Made by a program: the position numbers and the translations under genes. From Felis catus (lineage: Eukaryota): a stretch of DNA of 64,000 bases. Each line of letters opens with the position of its first letter. Positions within the stretch are counted from its first letter, which is position 1. The stretch lies in assembly GCF_018350175.1 (NCBI RefSeq), contig NC_058368.1, positions 76,014,001-76,078,000 on the forward strand. The letters run 5' to 3'. A model generated the notes under the pieces. The model saw only the letters and a program-made list of their open reading frames with translations. It ran no database searches and was not told the DNA's origin. Positions 62,186 through 64,000 of the stretch are shown piece after piece.

Positions 62186-63715
62186 TTTGAACACTGAAAG
62201 TAACCTTAGTCTTTAAGACTCTCCCCTTCCAGAAGAGTCCCATACACTTTAAGCAAAGCATTGCAGTAGATCTTTGATGTGACCATTCATATTTGAGGCA
62301 CTATCATGGTATAGATGGCAACTAATAGATTCTAAGCAAGGATTTATCATTTCTCTGCTACGACCCTCCCAGTATTTCTTATTCTTTACTCCTTCTCTCT
62401 ACATCTTATAAGCTCTAGCTAGCACTAACGTATTTGGTTTCTGTCTCTGTAGATGTCTCCAGGTCTGTCCCTCTCTATCTCACACATCCACATTATTTGT
62501 CTCTTTCACCTGTCTTTAAGTGCAGAGACCACTGTTCTGCTAATGGTTGACACAGTTTTCCATCTAAAACCTTGAAGAAGAAATAGGAGGCTGCAAAGAT
62601 TCTAGTTTCATACTGTAAGTGTCTTTACAGCATGTGATCTCAAAAACGGGCTTTGGAAGTGGGGGTGGCGGGAACTGGGGAGGACATTGCTAAGCATTCT
62701 GGGTTTATTACTAAGCTGTCACACAGCAATTGGAGGAGGGAGGAGCTGGGGGAGGGCACAGGAGGAAGTTGAAGAGAAGAATCAAGGGCAATGAAGAGTT
62801 GCAATTACAAATTAGGTAATTGGGCATGGAAACATTTGCTTTAATTTCAACACTCTACTCTGCATTCTGAATTCACCACTGTCTATTTGTGTCAATGCAT
62901 CCCTATTTTTTGTTCCTCAGTTGCTTTAAAAAATAATTACATTCAGCTGGAAATAAGATACTGCATGTGATACATCACATAGATGAAAACTGCATCACAT
63001 ATTGCCATATAAGGATAACCCTTTGTGTGTTGGTTATCACACATTTTAGAAAACCTAAAAACGGAAAAATAATTCTCATCTCCTGATAACGGGATTGATT
63101 CTGGAAATTATGGAATAATTTGTTATGTTATACTGCAGTTGTAATATAAGAACCACTAAATACGCTGAAAATGGAATAATCTTTTGATTATAGCTGTATT
63201 TTTAAACATGATTCCACGAAAACATTGGGAAAAAATGTTTTACCCACTGAGACTGGAGGAGGAAAAGTACATAAACTAGCGGGCTAAAATAACTATCGTA
63301 ACAATCATAAGTCCTGTATTCGCAACTGTAACATAAAATCCCTTGGACTTTTAATAGTAGGATGATTCTCAGCTAAATTCCGAGACGTTGTTCGATAAAA
63401 ACTATTTTCTGACATCTTAATTAAAGAGTGTGAGGGAGGCCGATGACTTCCCATAAAATCTTTCACACATAAAGTCAAAAAGGACATTTTAGGCAACTGT
63501 AATCAGTAGGCTGGCTTTTTATCTTCCTCTCTTAGGAGAGGCACCACTACCCAGATCTCTGATGAGCTAATTGCTCTGATAAGGCTATGGCCACAACATA
63601 ATGAGAAATTGTCAAAGAAGCCACCAGAACTGTGGCAGTTCCTACCCATACTGAAATCCACCTGCTAACACACCTGTAAGAAAAACTACCAAGTCACAGT
63701 AATTCTCTTATGCTG

Positions 63716-63832
63716 GTGTGTGTGTGTGCATGTGTATGTGCGTGCACGTGTATGCATGCATGTGTGCATGTGTTTGTGCGTGCGCGCGTGTGTGTGCGTG
63801 TGTGTGTGTGTGTGTGTGCGCGCGTGTATGTG
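63716..63832. repeat. compound (TG)n/(CG)/(CA) alternating purine-pyrimidine tract
   Basis: Read directly from sequence. Confidence 0.95.
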
Positions 63833-64000
63833 TTGGAAGGTCTCTGAGGAGGCTTTTTCCTAATGTGATCGATACAAACCATTATACCAAATAATTAGGC
63901 AAACAAGTACCAGTCCACTGAAACCTGAGCTATCTGATTTTGTTACACTCTGATTAAAGTAAGTGGAATTTAGGACATTGATTTTGAAAATAAAGAGAAA

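Overview
AT-rich mammalian non-coding DNA (intronic or intergenic), almost certainly from a cat-family genome. About 30 tRNA-derived CAN-SINEs are present, several of the young felid SINEC_Fc type with intact target-site duplications (TSDs). Older repeats include L1 fragments, one 5'-inverted carnivore L1, MaLR/ERVL solo LTRs, MIR, L2, MER20 and microsatellites. I recognise no protein-coding gene, RNA gene or CRISPR array; most ORFs in the track are SINE/L1-derived or chance. The most unusual structure is at 58.0-59.8 kb. A ~31-copy 27-bp minisatellite, whose units carry a STAT/GAS-like TTCYRGTAA motif and a small hairpin, directly abuts a diverged ~190-bp inverted duplication of sequence I cannot assign to a repeat family (arms 58903-59091 and 59607-59781). 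Other points of interest are a SINE nested antisense inside another SINE to form a fold-back, a palindromic AT-rich repeat, and candidate non-coding or decayed exons on both strands. Repeat subfamily names come from recalled consensus sequences and boundaries are approximate; no search was run.
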